A DNA stretch of 42,217 nucleotides from Nitrososphaerales archaeon (GCA_023256405.1 JAGDXK010000010.1:12250-54466); one strand, 5' to 3'. Positions 26,423-36,615 are shown, numbered from the stretch's first letter. The notes: generated by a model from the letters alone, not told the origin. Numbers and translations are program-made.

Positions 26423-27157
26423 ATGCCGTATAACATAGCCGTGCTCATAAAGGCCGTCTATGAGGATGTGAAGATAAATCCTGAAACGCTCGAGCCTAGC
26501 ACTGCTGGCGTTAAGTTCAAGATGGACGATATAAGCAGAAACGCCGTGGAGGAGGCGGTAAGAATTAAGGAGAAACATGGGGGAAAGGCCACCGGCATAA
26601 TGTTCGGAAGGGACGATCAGGTTCTTGTGATGAGAGAAGCCCTCGCAATGGGTCTGGACGAAGGCGTCCTGATAAAAGGATACTCCTACAGCGATCCGGA
26701 GCTGACGGCCAGGATCCTCTATGAGAAGGTAAAAACAGGATACGACGTAGTTCTTCTGGGTTACTCTTCAGCGGACTCCTACACGGCGCAGATACCGCCA
26801 AGGCTTGCGGCCCTGATGGGCGTGCCGCTAATTGGAAACGCCGTACAGCTATCCTTTGATGGCAGGAAGGTGATAGCAGTGAAATCACTGGATGAACGCA
26901 GCGTAAAGGTTGAGTCTGAGCTTCCTGCAGTGATATCTGTGGCCCAGGAGATCAACACCCCAAGAATACCTCCTCTCATACAGATAATGGCAGCTTCAAG
27001 AAAGCCGCTGAAAATGGAGTCCGCGAACGTCCCGGCAGAAACGTATTACAGGATAATCGAGCATAAAGCTCCTCCATCATCAAGAAAGAAAATAATCTTT
27101 GAGGACGTAAACAAAGGCGTTGAGGAGATATTAAAGATCCTTAAACAGAAGGGCTAA
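26423..27157 (+). CDS. etfB: Electron transfer flavoprotein beta subunit
   Basis: NAVEEAVRIKE, REALAMGLDEG, GYSSADSYTAQ and INTPRIP. Confidence 0.92.
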   Translation: MPYNIAVLIKAVYEDVKINPETLEPSTAGVKFKMDDISRNAVEEAVRIKEKHGGKATGIMFGRDDQVLVMREALAMGLDEGVLIKGYSYSDPELTARILYEKVKTGYDVVLLGYSSADSYTAQIPPRLAALMGVPLIGNAVQLSFDGRKVIAVKSLDERSVKVESELPAVISVAQEINTPRIPPLIQIMAASRKPLKMESANVPAETYYRIIEHKAPPSSRKKIIFEDVNKGVEEILKILKQKG

Positions 27158-28050
27158 CCCTCGAGCTTCTGTATCAGAAGGGGCAGAACCTTGAATGCAT
27201 CCCCAACAATCCCGTAGTCGGCTTCGTTAAATATTGGGGCGTTCTTGTCCTTGTTTATCGCTATTACTATCTTCGAATCCCTCATCCCAACGAGATGCTG
27301 TATCTGGCCTGAGATTCCAACGGCTATGTATATCTTCGGATGAACCTTTTTCCCAGAAAGGCCAACCTGCCTGTCCTCGTCCAGCAGATGAAGGTCCTGG
27401 CAAACAGGCCTGCTCCCGGCAAGCTCAGCTCCCAGAACGGACGCTAGCTGTTTTGCGAGCTCTAGGCCCTCTGGCTTTGCTATTCCTCTTCCAACAGCGA
27501 CGAGTATTTCCGCCTTTGTAATGTCCACGGAAGCCTTCTCCTTGTTAACGGTTTCTATAAGCCTTGTGCGTGGGATTCCTGATAGATTCAGCTTGACCTT
27601 TTCGGGAGAGCTCTGCCAGGCCTTTTTCACCTCCACAGAGCCTGGCATCAGAGTGAATACCTTGGCGGTTGTCTCCTTCTTGATGACCGTCCTCCCTCCA
27701 AAGAAGTACCTCGTAACTATTGTCCTTCCATCTGAAAAGCCCAGGTCAAAGATCTCTGATTCCATGTGGGTTCCCGTGAGATGTGAAACTATGGCTGCCA
27801 CCTCCCTTCCGAGGACCGAGGCACCGAAAAACGCAAGATCATATCCCTGCCTGAAAAGTGAAGCAAGAGCCTCAGAGATCTGCCAGGGATCGTATATCAT
27901 CTCATCATAAACGAAGGATCTTTCAACCCTGTACTTCGAGGGATCATAATCGCTTCCGTGAACTGCGTCCACATGCTCAAAACGCTCGCTCAAGAAGGTC
28001 AGAAGCTCATCCATGAGCTCGTTCCTGTCCGAGAACGCAAGCACTTTCAA
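27154..28050 (-). CDS. etfA: Electron transfer flavoprotein alpha subunit
   Basis: GRGI, SRP and QVGLSGKKVHPKIYIAVGISGQIQHLVGM...INKDKNAPIF. TTG start. Confidence 0.93.
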   Translation of the reverse strand: MKVLAFSDRNELMDELLTFLSERFEHVDAVHGSDYDPSKYRVERSFVYDEMIYDPWQISEALASLFRQGYDLAFFGASVLGREVAAIVSHLTGTHMESEIFDLGFSDGRTIVTRYFFGGRTVIKKETTAKVFTLMPGSVEVKKAWQSSPEKVKLNLSGIPRTRLIETVNKEKASVDITKAEILVAVGRGIAKPEGLELAKQLASVLGAELAGSRPVCQDLHLLDEDRQVGLSGKKVHPKIYIAVGISGQIQHLVGMRDSKIVIAINKDKNAPIFNEADYGIVGDAFKVLPLLIQKLEG

Positions 28051-28372
28051 CGATCTGTTTATGTGGGATGGCGCTTATAAGCGTTAGCGCTTAGCGTCGA
28101 ATAACCCTTTAACGCATAAGAGCTCATGAGCGTACCTTTAACGGCTAAAGGCATTTCACGTTCAGCTTAAGCGGAAACATCCGTCATCCGCTTCTTGGTT
28201 CTGGCTAAACCCCGCTCTGAAATCAAGCCCCCACACCGTAAAGCTTTCGTCTGCGAGAGGTTTCTGGCAATGGTGCCCATTCCTGTTCTCCTATAATATA
28301 ATATTATATGATTTTTGTTATTGACACATCAGTCACTCATCAAATTTTTAAACAGGGCTGGGCTATAAAATA

Positions 28373-30361
28373 ATGTTGACGGCTTCTCTGTGTTATCCGG
28401 AATACTATGGCCTTCCCCGAACAGCGTTCATGGCTATCGTTTACGTTTCCGCCTCCGTTTCGGTATTAGCGTTCTTTTACATGCTCAGGCTGAGGCTAAA
28501 GGCCCGCGGAATAGGCCTTCTTGAATTTCTTAAGATCATATTTCTTAATTACAGAAGATGGCCGGGCCTTCTTTACGACTTTATAACCCATAGGAGGCTG
28601 CTGAGCCAGCGAAGTGCATCAGGGGCGGCCCATGCGGTCCTAATGTATTCTCTTCTTCTTTCCTTAATAGGCACACTGCTAGTTGCTGCAAGTCAGTACT
28701 CAGAATTAATAACGGGCACGCCGATTTTTTGTGGCTCCCTGTATCTCTTTTACACGTTTGTAATGGACGTGACGGCGTGGGCTCTGTTTATTTCATCGGT
28801 TACGGCTGTGGTATTCGCCTACAGAAGGAGGGAAATAATTCAGCGGAGCAGCCTGACGGCCGATATAATCTATCTTTTGTCGTTCTCCCTTCTCAGCATA
28901 ACCGGCGCAATGATCGAATCTTACAGAATAAACGCTCTTTACGGAACTTCGTTTGGCTACATAGCCTTTAACGCATACCTTTTAAGGGGTCTTCGACTGA
29001 GCTGGGAGGCGTACGCGGCGGTTTACATCTTTCACTTAGAGCTCGCGTTTGCGCTGATAGCTTTTATACCAATGACCTCCATATTTCATCCTCTAATAGC
29101 TGTGGCCAACTACGTTCGTGAGGAGAGGCCAACCGGTGAGCTCACGAAGCCCTTTGACCTGATGAGCGTAATGCAGAGCGGCTCTTTTGAAGTTCAGGTA
29201 GGAATAAACAGGACCTCGGACATTAAAGGCTTTTATGCGCTTGAGCTCGAGGCATGCCAGAACTGCTACAGGTGTCAGGATGTTTGCCCCGCGCATTTAG
29301 CGGGAAGGCCTCTTTCTCCGACCACGCTCATCAGCAGTCTTCAGAGGGAGATAAACAGAGACGCACCCATATGGGACTTTATCTCCGAGGATACCATCTG
29401 GTCATGCACCACGTGCGGTGCATGCGTTAAGGCCTGTCCAGTTTACATAAGGCACACGGATTACATAGTTGACGCAAGGAGGGCACTCGTAATGAATATG
29501 AAGCTGGACGAGAGGAAGAACGCGCTCCTGCTCTCCATGAGCTCATACGATAACTCATTCGGGATGTCAAACGACAACAGAAACTCATGGCTCTCCGAGG
29601 CTGGTCTGAAGAAGGCCTCAGAAATCAGGATGGTCGAAAACCTGCTGTGGATAGGATGCATGGGCAGCTTTGATCCAGAGGCCAGGGACATCGTGAGGAA
29701 CTTTGTGGAAATACTGAGAAAGGCAGGAGTTATCGACAGCTATGCATATCTTGGGGAGGAGGAAACGTGCTGCGGCGATCCGGCCAGGAGGCTTGGAGAG
29801 GAGAGCAAGTTTCAGGACCTAGCGATAAAGAACATAGAGATCTTCAAAAAGTATGGCGTCAAAACGATAGTGACAATATGTCCTCACGGATTTAACACAT
29901 TCAAGAATGAGTACCCAAAGATAGATGGGTCCTTCAGCGGAATTAAGGTGAAGCATTACGTCGAAGTCATAAAGGAGCTGATTGATGCAGGACGCATTAA
30001 ACCAGAAGCGTCAAAGGAGGTGTTTGTAATTCATGACCCCTGTTATCTGTCGAGACACAACGGGATCGTCGAGCCGCAGAGAAGTATCATTAGAAGCTTT
30101 GCCGAGCTCCGGGAGCCCAGAAGGAGCGGGGGAAACACCTTCTGCTGCGGCGCAGGAGGATCAAATTATTGGTACGAGGTTCCAGAAAAAACGAAGATAA
30201 GCCATATAAGATTCAGGGAGCTCCAGGACACAGGCGCCAGCTCCATCGTTGTTCTCTGTCCGTTCTGTAACGCTATGCTCAACGATGCGAGCGCGGTCCT
30301 TTCAGATGGCAAGGTTAAGGTGAAGGACATAGCCGAGGTAGTTAACGAAAGTATAAAATAA
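28373..30361 (+). CDS. FadF-like membrane Fe-S oxidoreductase (His-containing TM domain, two [4Fe-4S] motifs, two CCG domains); probable ETF:quinone oxidoreductase
   Basis: About 5 TM helices with His residues, CQNCYRCQDVCP, CTTCGACVKACP, CCGDPARRLG, HDPCYLSR, CCGAGG and CPFC. Confidence 0.88.
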   Translation: MLTASLCYPEYYGLPRTAFMAIVYVSASVSVLAFFYMLRLRLKARGIGLLEFLKIIFLNYRRWPGLLYDFITHRRLLSQRSASGAAHAVLMYSLLLSLIGTLLVAASQYSELITGTPIFCGSLYLFYTFVMDVTAWALFISSVTAVVFAYRRREIIQRSSLTADIIYLLSFSLLSITGAMIESYRINALYGTSFGYIAFNAYLLRGLRLSWEAYAAVYIFHLELAFALIAFIPMTSIFHPLIAVANYVREERPTGELTKPFDLMSVMQSGSFEVQVGINRTSDIKGFYALELEACQNCYRCQDVCPAHLAGRPLSPTTLISSLQREINRDAPIWDFISEDTIWSCTTCGACVKACPVYIRHTDYIVDARRALVMNMKLDERKNALLLSMSSYDNSFGMSNDNRNSWLSEAGLKKASEIRMVENLLWIGCMGSFDPEARDIVRNFVEILRKAGVIDSYAYLGEEETCCGDPARRLGEESKFQDLAIKNIEIFKKYGVKTIVTICPHGFNTFKNEYPKIDGSFSGIKVKHYVEVIKELIDAGRIKPEASKEVFVIHDPCYLSRHNGIVEPQRSIIRSFAELREPRRSGGNTFCCGAGGSNYWYEVPEKTKISHIRFRELQDTGASSIVVLCPFCNAMLNDASAVLSDGKVKVKDIAEVVNESIK

Positions 30362-30382
30362 GCGAAGAACCCCTATAAGCTC

Positions 30383-31150
30383 ATGAACAGGGAGCTTAAT
30401 GGAAAGAAGGCCCTTATAACTGGCGCATCAACAGGGATAGGTGCTGCAACCGCTATAGCGTTCGCGAGAGAAGGCGCGTCAGTAATAATAAACTACAGGA
30501 GCAGCGAGCAGAAAGCCAGGGAAGTAATGAAAAAGGCAAGGGAGCTCGGGGCGGAGGCTTACGTTTTTAAAGCGGACGTGACAAATGAGGCTGAAATAGC
30601 TGACCTCATGAAGTTCATTGAAAGCACGTTTGGGTATCTCGACGTGCTCGTCAATAACGCCGGAGGCCTTCTCGAAAGAAGGGAAATAACAAGCTCGGAC
30701 CTGGAGTACTGGAGAAGGCACATAGATCTGAACCTTACATCGGTCTATCTTGTTACGAAGAACTCGCTTCCCCTGCTGCTGAGGTCGCCATCTAAAGAGA
30801 GGGTCATAGTTAACGTCTCATCCATAGCAGCGTTCACTGGCGGAGGCAGAGGCGCCTTTGCCTATGCTTCGGCAAAAGGAGGCGTGAAGACCCTTACCAG
30901 GGCAATGGCCAAGGAGCTTGCGCAGCATAGGATCAGGGTAGTGGCGGTAATGCCGGGCCTAATTGTGACCCCGTTTCACGAAAAGGCCAAGACTGGAGAT
31001 GTTGAGGGATGGGCTGAGAAACAGGTACTTCTTAAGAGGGCTGGAAGCGCCGAGGAGGTGGCTGAGGTGATAGCGTTTCTTGCAAGCGAAAGAGCAAGCT
31101 ACGTTAACTCGACGGAGATCTACGTAGATGGCGGATGGATGTATGGATAA
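30383..31150 (+). CDS. Short-chain dehydrogenase/reductase (FabG-like)
   Basis: TGASTGIG, NNAG, SSIA, YASAK and VDGG. Confidence 0.92.
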   Translation: MNRELNGKKALITGASTGIGAATAIAFAREGASVIINYRSSEQKAREVMKKARELGAEAYVFKADVTNEAEIADLMKFIESTFGYLDVLVNNAGGLLERREITSSDLEYWRRHIDLNLTSVYLVTKNSLPLLLRSPSKERVIVNVSSIAAFTGGGRGAFAYASAKGGVKTLTRAMAKELAQHRIRVVAVMPGLIVTPFHEKAKTGDVEGWAEKQVLLKRAGSAEEVAEVIAFLASERASYVNSTEIYVDGGWMYG

Positions 31151-31193
31151 GCGCGTTTTAAAAACTTAAATATAATTGACCGATTTTTAATTT

Positions 31194-32807
31194 GTGGGCC
31201 CATTCTATAAGTACAACCTTAACTTTAGAAACGCGTTCTTAACTGCGGTCAGGAACTTTCCCAACAGGGAGATAGTTTACAGGGACAAAAAGAGATACAC
31301 GTTCTCTGAGTTCTACGAAAGGGTTCTGAGGCTCTGCGGGGGTCTGAAGGAGATAGGGGTTAAGGAAGGAGATGTTGTGGCGGTAATAGACTGGGACACA
31401 TACGTCTACATGGAGTCTTATTTTGCGATCCCCATGAGCGGCGCAACCCTGCACACGGTCAACATCAGATACCCTCCCGAGCTTATATACCTCACAATGA
31501 GCTTTGCGAACGATAAATATGTAATAATAAGGGACGAGTTCGTTCCTATAATTGAGAAGAACGCGCCACTTTTCGATTTTGTTAAGGGCTGGATTATTTA
31601 CTCTGAAGAGGGGAGGCGCGTCGAGACCAAGCTTTCCCCCAGCTATGATTACGAGGATCTCGTAAAAAGGGATAGATGTGAGCCCCCTGATCTGGACGAG
31701 GAAACGAGGGCAACGCTCTTCTTTACATCAGGAACGACCGGAATGCCGAAGGGAGTAAGCTTTACGCAGAGGGATCTTATACTTCACGCTCTTTCGCTGT
31801 CCGCATCCATGAAGTACAGGCCCATAAGCCTGACCGACCAGGACGTCTTTATGTCCCTGGTTCCCATGTTTCATGTGCACTCGTGGGGGATGCCGTACAT
31901 AGCCTTTATGAATGGGAACAAATACGTGCTCCCAGGAAGGTATGAAATAAAGACCATACTCGAGCTCATAAAGCGGGAAAGGGTCACTTTTTCGACCATG
32001 GTTCCAGCAATACTTTACATGATCCTCAACGATCCCTCCGTTGAAGAGTACAGGGATTATCTCAGAGGATGGAAGGTCATCATAGGCGGCTCAGCCCTGC
32101 CAAAGGGCCTGGCGCAGAAGGCGGTATCCTATGGAATAACCGTCGTAGGTGGATACGGGCTTTCTGAGACCTGTCCAGTTCTCACGATTTCCGTCATGAA
32201 TGATTACACGTCGAAGATGAGCTATCAGGAGGCCCTTGACTATCTTATAAGCGCTGGAATTCCCATACCGTTGGTTCATCTGAGGGTTGTTGATCCGAGC
32301 GGCAAGGACGTTCCCTGGGATGGCAGGTCTGCCGGTGAGGTTATAGTTAGGGCCCCCTGGCTTACAAGGGAGTATTATAACGACCCAGAGAAAACAGAGG
32401 AGCTGTGGAAGGATGGGTGGCTGCACACGGGAGATCTCGGGGTCATAGATCAGTACGGCTATCTGCACATAGTTGACAGGGAGAAGGATGCCATTAAGAG
32501 CGGGGGAGAGTTCATACCAAGTCTGCTTCTGGAAAACGCAATAAGCGAAGTAAAGGGAGTAGGGGAGGTCGCGGTCGTTGGAATACCGGATCCAAAATGG
32601 GGAGAAAGGCCAGTTGCCTTCGTAGTAAAGAGCGGTGACATTACCGAGAACGACATAATAAACCATCTCAACGAGCTGGTTAAGCTAGGCAGGATACAGA
32701 AATGGTGGATCCCAGACAGGATACTCTTCATAGATAGCATGCCCAGGACGAGCACGAACAAGATAGATAAGAAGGCACTTAGAAACAAAATAACCGGAGA
32801 AAGTTAA
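31194..32807 (+). CDS. Medium/long-chain fatty acid-CoA ligase
   Basis: FTSGTTGMPKG, YGLSET, GWLHTGD, DREKDAIKSGGE and PRTSTNKIDK. GTG start. Confidence 0.93.
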   Translation: MGPFYKYNLNFRNAFLTAVRNFPNREIVYRDKKRYTFSEFYERVLRLCGGLKEIGVKEGDVVAVIDWDTYVYMESYFAIPMSGATLHTVNIRYPPELIYLTMSFANDKYVIIRDEFVPIIEKNAPLFDFVKGWIIYSEEGRRVETKLSPSYDYEDLVKRDRCEPPDLDEETRATLFFTSGTTGMPKGVSFTQRDLILHALSLSASMKYRPISLTDQDVFMSLVPMFHVHSWGMPYIAFMNGNKYVLPGRYEIKTILELIKRERVTFSTMVPAILYMILNDPSVEEYRDYLRGWKVIIGGSALPKGLAQKAVSYGITVVGGYGLSETCPVLTISVMNDYTSKMSYQEALDYLISAGIPIPLVHLRVVDPSGKDVPWDGRSAGEVIVRAPWLTREYYNDPEKTEELWKDGWLHTGDLGVIDQYGYLHIVDREKDAIKSGGEFIPSLLLENAISEVKGVGEVAVVGIPDPKWGERPVAFVVKSGDITENDIINHLNELVKLGRIQKWWIPDRILFIDSMPRTSTNKIDKKALRNKITGES

Positions 32808-32958
32808 AATTATTTATTTTTAATCAGAAATTTGACTAATTTTCTATTTTTAGAGTTAGTACGTCTAAAATTCTAAGCTTGGACATTAAATCCCTTTTGA
32901 AAGAAATTTTTCAGTAATGGTTAAATTTTAGGCTATAAAATCACAGATTAGACCAAAA

Positions 32959-34335
32959 ATGCAAGAATATGACAATACAGGAAAAAAAGTGTACTGGACC
33001 GCTAGTTCAATACTCTTTGTCGTAAGCATACTGATGATGGGATATGGAATATATCAGCAGGTTGTTCTGCACGTCTACAAGGCCCCGTTGCTTCTTGGAA
33101 TAGTTGCAGGGATGCTGCTTGCAATCCCGCTTGAGCTATGGAACTTCTCAGACCCCGACACGCTCTTCAGGGTTATGGCGTTCCAGGACAGGTTCCTCAT
33201 AGTGTGCTTTGGGTTTGCAATAGGCCTTGGCGCAATACTTCTATACGGCCTTAACCTCTTTGTTCCTCATCCGAACTTTGGAATCAAGGACCTGTTCGTG
33301 CTTGGGATAGTTCTCGGGGGTCTCATATTCGGGCTTGGTGTAGGTATTGCAGGATACTTCCCCGGAACCGTCTGGATAGCCCTTGGACAAGGAAGAAGGG
33401 ACGCCATCTATGCCGTTGCTGGTGGCCTTCTCGGAGCTTTCACTTGGTCAGTTATATTTGGCAGCGTAAGGGGGCTCCTATGGAACACCCTTAACTTTGG
33501 ACCAGTAACATGGGCAACTCTGTTTGGGTTTAACACGAGGCTCGGCATGTTCCTGGTGAGTCTGGTCTTCGGGGCCATACTGTTCTCGGTATTCCTCTTT
33601 CTGCCGAGATTTCCAAAGCAGCCAACAAGACAGTCATGCGCGTATCACCTCTCTGGAGCCAACAGGGAGGTTGTTAGGTTCAATGAAGTAATTGACGAGG
33701 AGACAAGGAAGTATCCTAACGCAAGACCATACATAACTAGGCTGATCAACGAGAGCAGCATAGAAAACGCGAGATCAATAATACTTCTTGGGCTTGAATT
33801 TACAATAACTGCGGTAGCAGTTATAATACTGAGGCAGATCTTCGGCGAGTCCACAACGTACTCGTGGATAGGCGCGCAGATCTCCTACCTGATAAACCCC
33901 GTATGGGCTGCGTCAAATCCATACTTCCAGCTCTTTGGCGGCATGCATCTAGTGAACGGAATACCAGTAAACCACCCATTCAGCGAAATAGGATGGGAGC
34001 CATTCTCAGACCTGGGAACTTTTCTTGGAGGACTTGTTTCCTCCCTGATCATAAGCAGAAGGTTCATGGGATTCAAGAAGCAGGTTCCTTATGTCTGGCA
34101 GCACAGGTTCGGACCATCTGAATCAAAGAGAGCCCTTGGATCCTTCATAGGAGCCTTCATGGTGCTGTTCGGTGCCAGGATGGCCAACGGATGCGCTTCG
34201 GGACATATACTCAGCGGGGATATACAGATGGCAGTTTCAAGCTTCCTCTTCCTGATAATGGTCACAATAGGAGCCTGGATAGCTCTCAGATACATACTAC
34301 ACCTCAGAATAAACGCCCAGGGCTACGTGGATTAA
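32959..34335 (+). CDS. YeeE/YedE (sulfur compound transport) double-domain fusion
   Basis: GGLIFGLGVGIAGYFPGT in the first domain and FGARMANGCASGH in the second; about 9 TM helices. Confidence 0.82.
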   Translation: MQEYDNTGKKVYWTASSILFVVSILMMGYGIYQQVVLHVYKAPLLLGIVAGMLLAIPLELWNFSDPDTLFRVMAFQDRFLIVCFGFAIGLGAILLYGLNLFVPHPNFGIKDLFVLGIVLGGLIFGLGVGIAGYFPGTVWIALGQGRRDAIYAVAGGLLGAFTWSVIFGSVRGLLWNTLNFGPVTWATLFGFNTRLGMFLVSLVFGAILFSVFLFLPRFPKQPTRQSCAYHLSGANREVVRFNEVIDEETRKYPNARPYITRLINESSIENARSIILLGLEFTITAVAVIILRQIFGESTTYSWIGAQISYLINPVWAASNPYFQLFGGMHLVNGIPVNHPFSEIGWEPFSDLGTFLGGLVSSLIISRRFMGFKKQVPYVWQHRFGPSESKRALGSFIGAFMVLFGARMANGCASGHILSGDIQMAVSSFLFLIMVTIGAWIALRYILHLRINAQGYVD

Positions 34336-34344
34336 ATTTTTAAA

Positions 34345-34374
34345 TCTGTTTTGTTTTTATTTTTTGCTTTTTTG
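34345..34374 (+). terminator. T-rich archaeal terminator after the yeeE-like gene
   Basis: Several oligo-T runs directly after the stop codon. Confidence 0.45.
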
Positions 34375-34462
34375 TAAGCGCCAGACAGCTCAGATGCCAA
34401 TAAGCTGTGCGATTTATAGGATTAAATTTATAAACAGAGCATAGCTGTTATATTGACGGAAA

Positions 34463-34738
34463 TTGGAAATATCCGTTCTTAATAAAACGGAGAACTCAAT
34501 CGAGCTGATGTTCAAGAACGTTGACTTTTCGCTTTTAAGAATAGTGCAGCATGCGCTTCTGGAGGATAAAAGAGTGAAGAACATCTCGGTTAAGAGAGGG
34601 CATCCTCTGACCAAGGAGCTCTACTTGTACCTTCTGACTGATGGCTCAGATCCAAAGCAGGTTCTTAAGGAAGGCATAGGAAGAGCCAGGGAGATGACAA
34701 AAAGCTTAAAAGCGGAGCTGGAGAAGGCTCTATCTTGA
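34463..34738 (+). CDS. rpoL: DNA-directed RNA polymerase subunit L (Rpo11)
   Basis: 91 aa with LLEDKRV, HPL and TDGSDPKQVLKE; immediately upstream of tfs. Confidence 0.85.
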   Translation: MEISVLNKTENSIELMFKNVDFSLLRIVQHALLEDKRVKNISVKRGHPLTKELYLYLLTDGSDPKQVLKEGIGRAREMTKSLKAELEKALS

Positions 34739-34743
34739 CCTGA

Positions 34744-35085
34744 ATGCCCAAGTTCTGTCCAAAAGATGGAACTCTGATGAGGTTAAAGAGCCAGAAAAAG
34801 GGACAGCAGGTCCAGCTCGTTTACGTCTGCCCAACCTGCGGTTATACCGAGAAGTACAAGAAGGAAAAGGTGCTTGAGGAGAAGATTACGGAAGAGGAGG
34901 CATCTCTTAAGGTCATAGACCAGGTATCAGATTTATCAGCTCTTCCAACGGTCACAGTCACATGTCCAAAGTGTGGAAACGATAAAGCTTACTGGTGGAT
35001 GGTTCAGACAAGGGCAGCGGATGAGCCTCCCACGCAGTTCTACAGATGCACAAAGTGCGGATACACCTGGAGGGTCTACTCCTGA
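34744..35085 (+). CDS. tfs: Transcription factor S (TFS)
   Basis: FCPKDG...CPTCG and CPKCG...QTRAADEPPTQFYRCTKCGYTWR with an intact DE dipeptide. Confidence 0.95.
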   Translation: MPKFCPKDGTLMRLKSQKKGQQVQLVYVCPTCGYTEKYKKEKVLEEKITEEEASLKVIDQVSDLSALPTVTVTCPKCGNDKAYWWMVQTRAADEPPTQFYRCTKCGYTWRVYS

Positions 35086-35094
35086 ACACACGCT

Positions 35095-36555
35095 TCATAT
35101 TTGTCCTATAGCTATTCCATCTCCCCTTATGTCAGCGTACGCTAGCCTTTCTCGCCCCACGAGCTGAACGCCATGGCCTACGCCCGTGGCTCCAGGATAT
35201 CTGATCTTTTTTATCCCTGCTTTGATTCCCTCCTCTGCAAAGGCCTGCTTTCCATCCCAGAGGAACCTAGGAGCCTCTATTGCCTCTCCTATGTTCATCC
35301 CCCTGTCTATGATGTTGGTTATGATTAGAAAATGCTGCTGCGGGCGATAATGTCCCCCGCTTATGCCGAACGCGAAGGAAAATGAGGCATTTTTAGTCGC
35401 TATAACCGAGCTGAGCGTGTGGAGAGGTCTTTTATGCGGCTTCAGTGAGTTAGGTCCGCTGAGCTTGAAGTCGCTCGCCCTGTTGTTAAGCACAATCATG
35501 TGTTTAGGATGTGTAATCCTTGATCCAAACGAATAATAGAGGCTATGTATTCCCGAGACAACCATGCCTTTACCGTCCATTACAACGAAGTTTGTTGTGT
35601 CACCGTCCTCAATTCTGGTGCCGTTGGGCTTGGCTGAAACACTGAGCATCCTTTCAACGGGAACATCTACAAACCTCGGATCTCCTAAGTACCTGTCTCT
35701 TATGGCATAGGCCGCCTCATACGCCTTGATGGCCCTTTTGATGCCCGCGTCATCGAATTCGAGCCTCTTGTCCTTTAACTGATTCAGTATCATTAGCGTG
35801 GTTATGCCCTGGCTGTTTGGTGGCGATTCATAGATCCTGTAGTCCCTGTACACCAAGCTCAGTGGCTCCGCCTCCTCAGGCCTAAAGCTTGTGAAGTCAT
35901 TTTTCTTCATTACTCCACCTAAGCTCTGCACGTAATCCGCAATGTCTTTTGATACCTCGTCATAAAAGTACTCGGGGCCATACTCGGCCAGCCCTTTAAT
36001 GACTTCAGCAAGCCCCTTCAGCTCTATTCTTTCCCACCGACCTTTTCCAAAAATCGATGCCGTAGCTTCATCGTGATACCCTGAGAGCATTTCCTCTACA
36101 GCCGCAGCCAACCTTCCGGATAAGACTAGCCCTTTTTCGGCGATCCTCACCGGCATCTCCAGCAACTCTTTCCACTCCATGCTGCCATATTTTCTCCACA
36201 TTTCGTAAACACCGTAAACAAATCCAGGCACAACCGGCGACAGAGGTCCAAAGCGAGGCACCTCAGAAAGGCCCTTTTTGCGTATAACGTCCTCGAGGTC
36301 CTCGGGGGCCCAGCCACTGCCGTTGATGAACTTCACTGATCCATCGTTATAAATCATTGCCATAAAGTCCCCTCCGAGCCCGCATAGGCTTGGTTGCACC
36401 ACCGATAAAACGAAGGAAACGGTCACAGATGCGTCAACTGCGTTGCCTCCCCTGTTTAGGACATCTAGCCCGGCTATGCTGGAAAGCGCATGCTCGCTTG
36501 TTACAACCCCGCTTTCCCCCGCGAACACTGGCTTTAACAACGGAAGCTTTACCAT
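35095..36555 (-). CDS. ggt: Gamma-glutamyltranspeptidase family protein
   Basis: GGNAVDA, GLGGD, PPNSQG, GDTTNF (catalytic Thr), KRPLHTLS and AIEAPR. Confidence 0.9.
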   Translation of the reverse strand: MVKLPLLKPVFAGESGVVTSEHALSSIAGLDVLNRGGNAVDASVTVSFVLSVVQPSLCGLGGDFMAMIYNDGSVKFINGSGWAPEDLEDVIRKKGLSEVPRFGPLSPVVPGFVYGVYEMWRKYGSMEWKELLEMPVRIAEKGLVLSGRLAAAVEEMLSGYHDEATASIFGKGRWERIELKGLAEVIKGLAEYGPEYFYDEVSKDIADYVQSLGGVMKKNDFTSFRPEEAEPLSLVYRDYRIYESPPNSQGITTLMILNQLKDKRLEFDDAGIKRAIKAYEAAYAIRDRYLGDPRFVDVPVERMLSVSAKPNGTRIEDGDTTNFVVMDGKGMVVSGIHSLYYSFGSRITHPKHMIVLNNRASDFKLSGPNSLKPHKRPLHTLSSVIATKNASFSFAFGISGGHYRPQQHFLIITNIIDRGMNIGEAIEAPRFLWDGKQAFAEEGIKAGIKKIRYPGATGVGHGVQLVGRERLAYADIRGDGIAIGQI

Positions 36556-36615
36556 TGCTCAGCATAAAAAGCTTTTTAAAAACCGGCCTCAAAAAATAAG
36601 AGTCATATTAACTCG

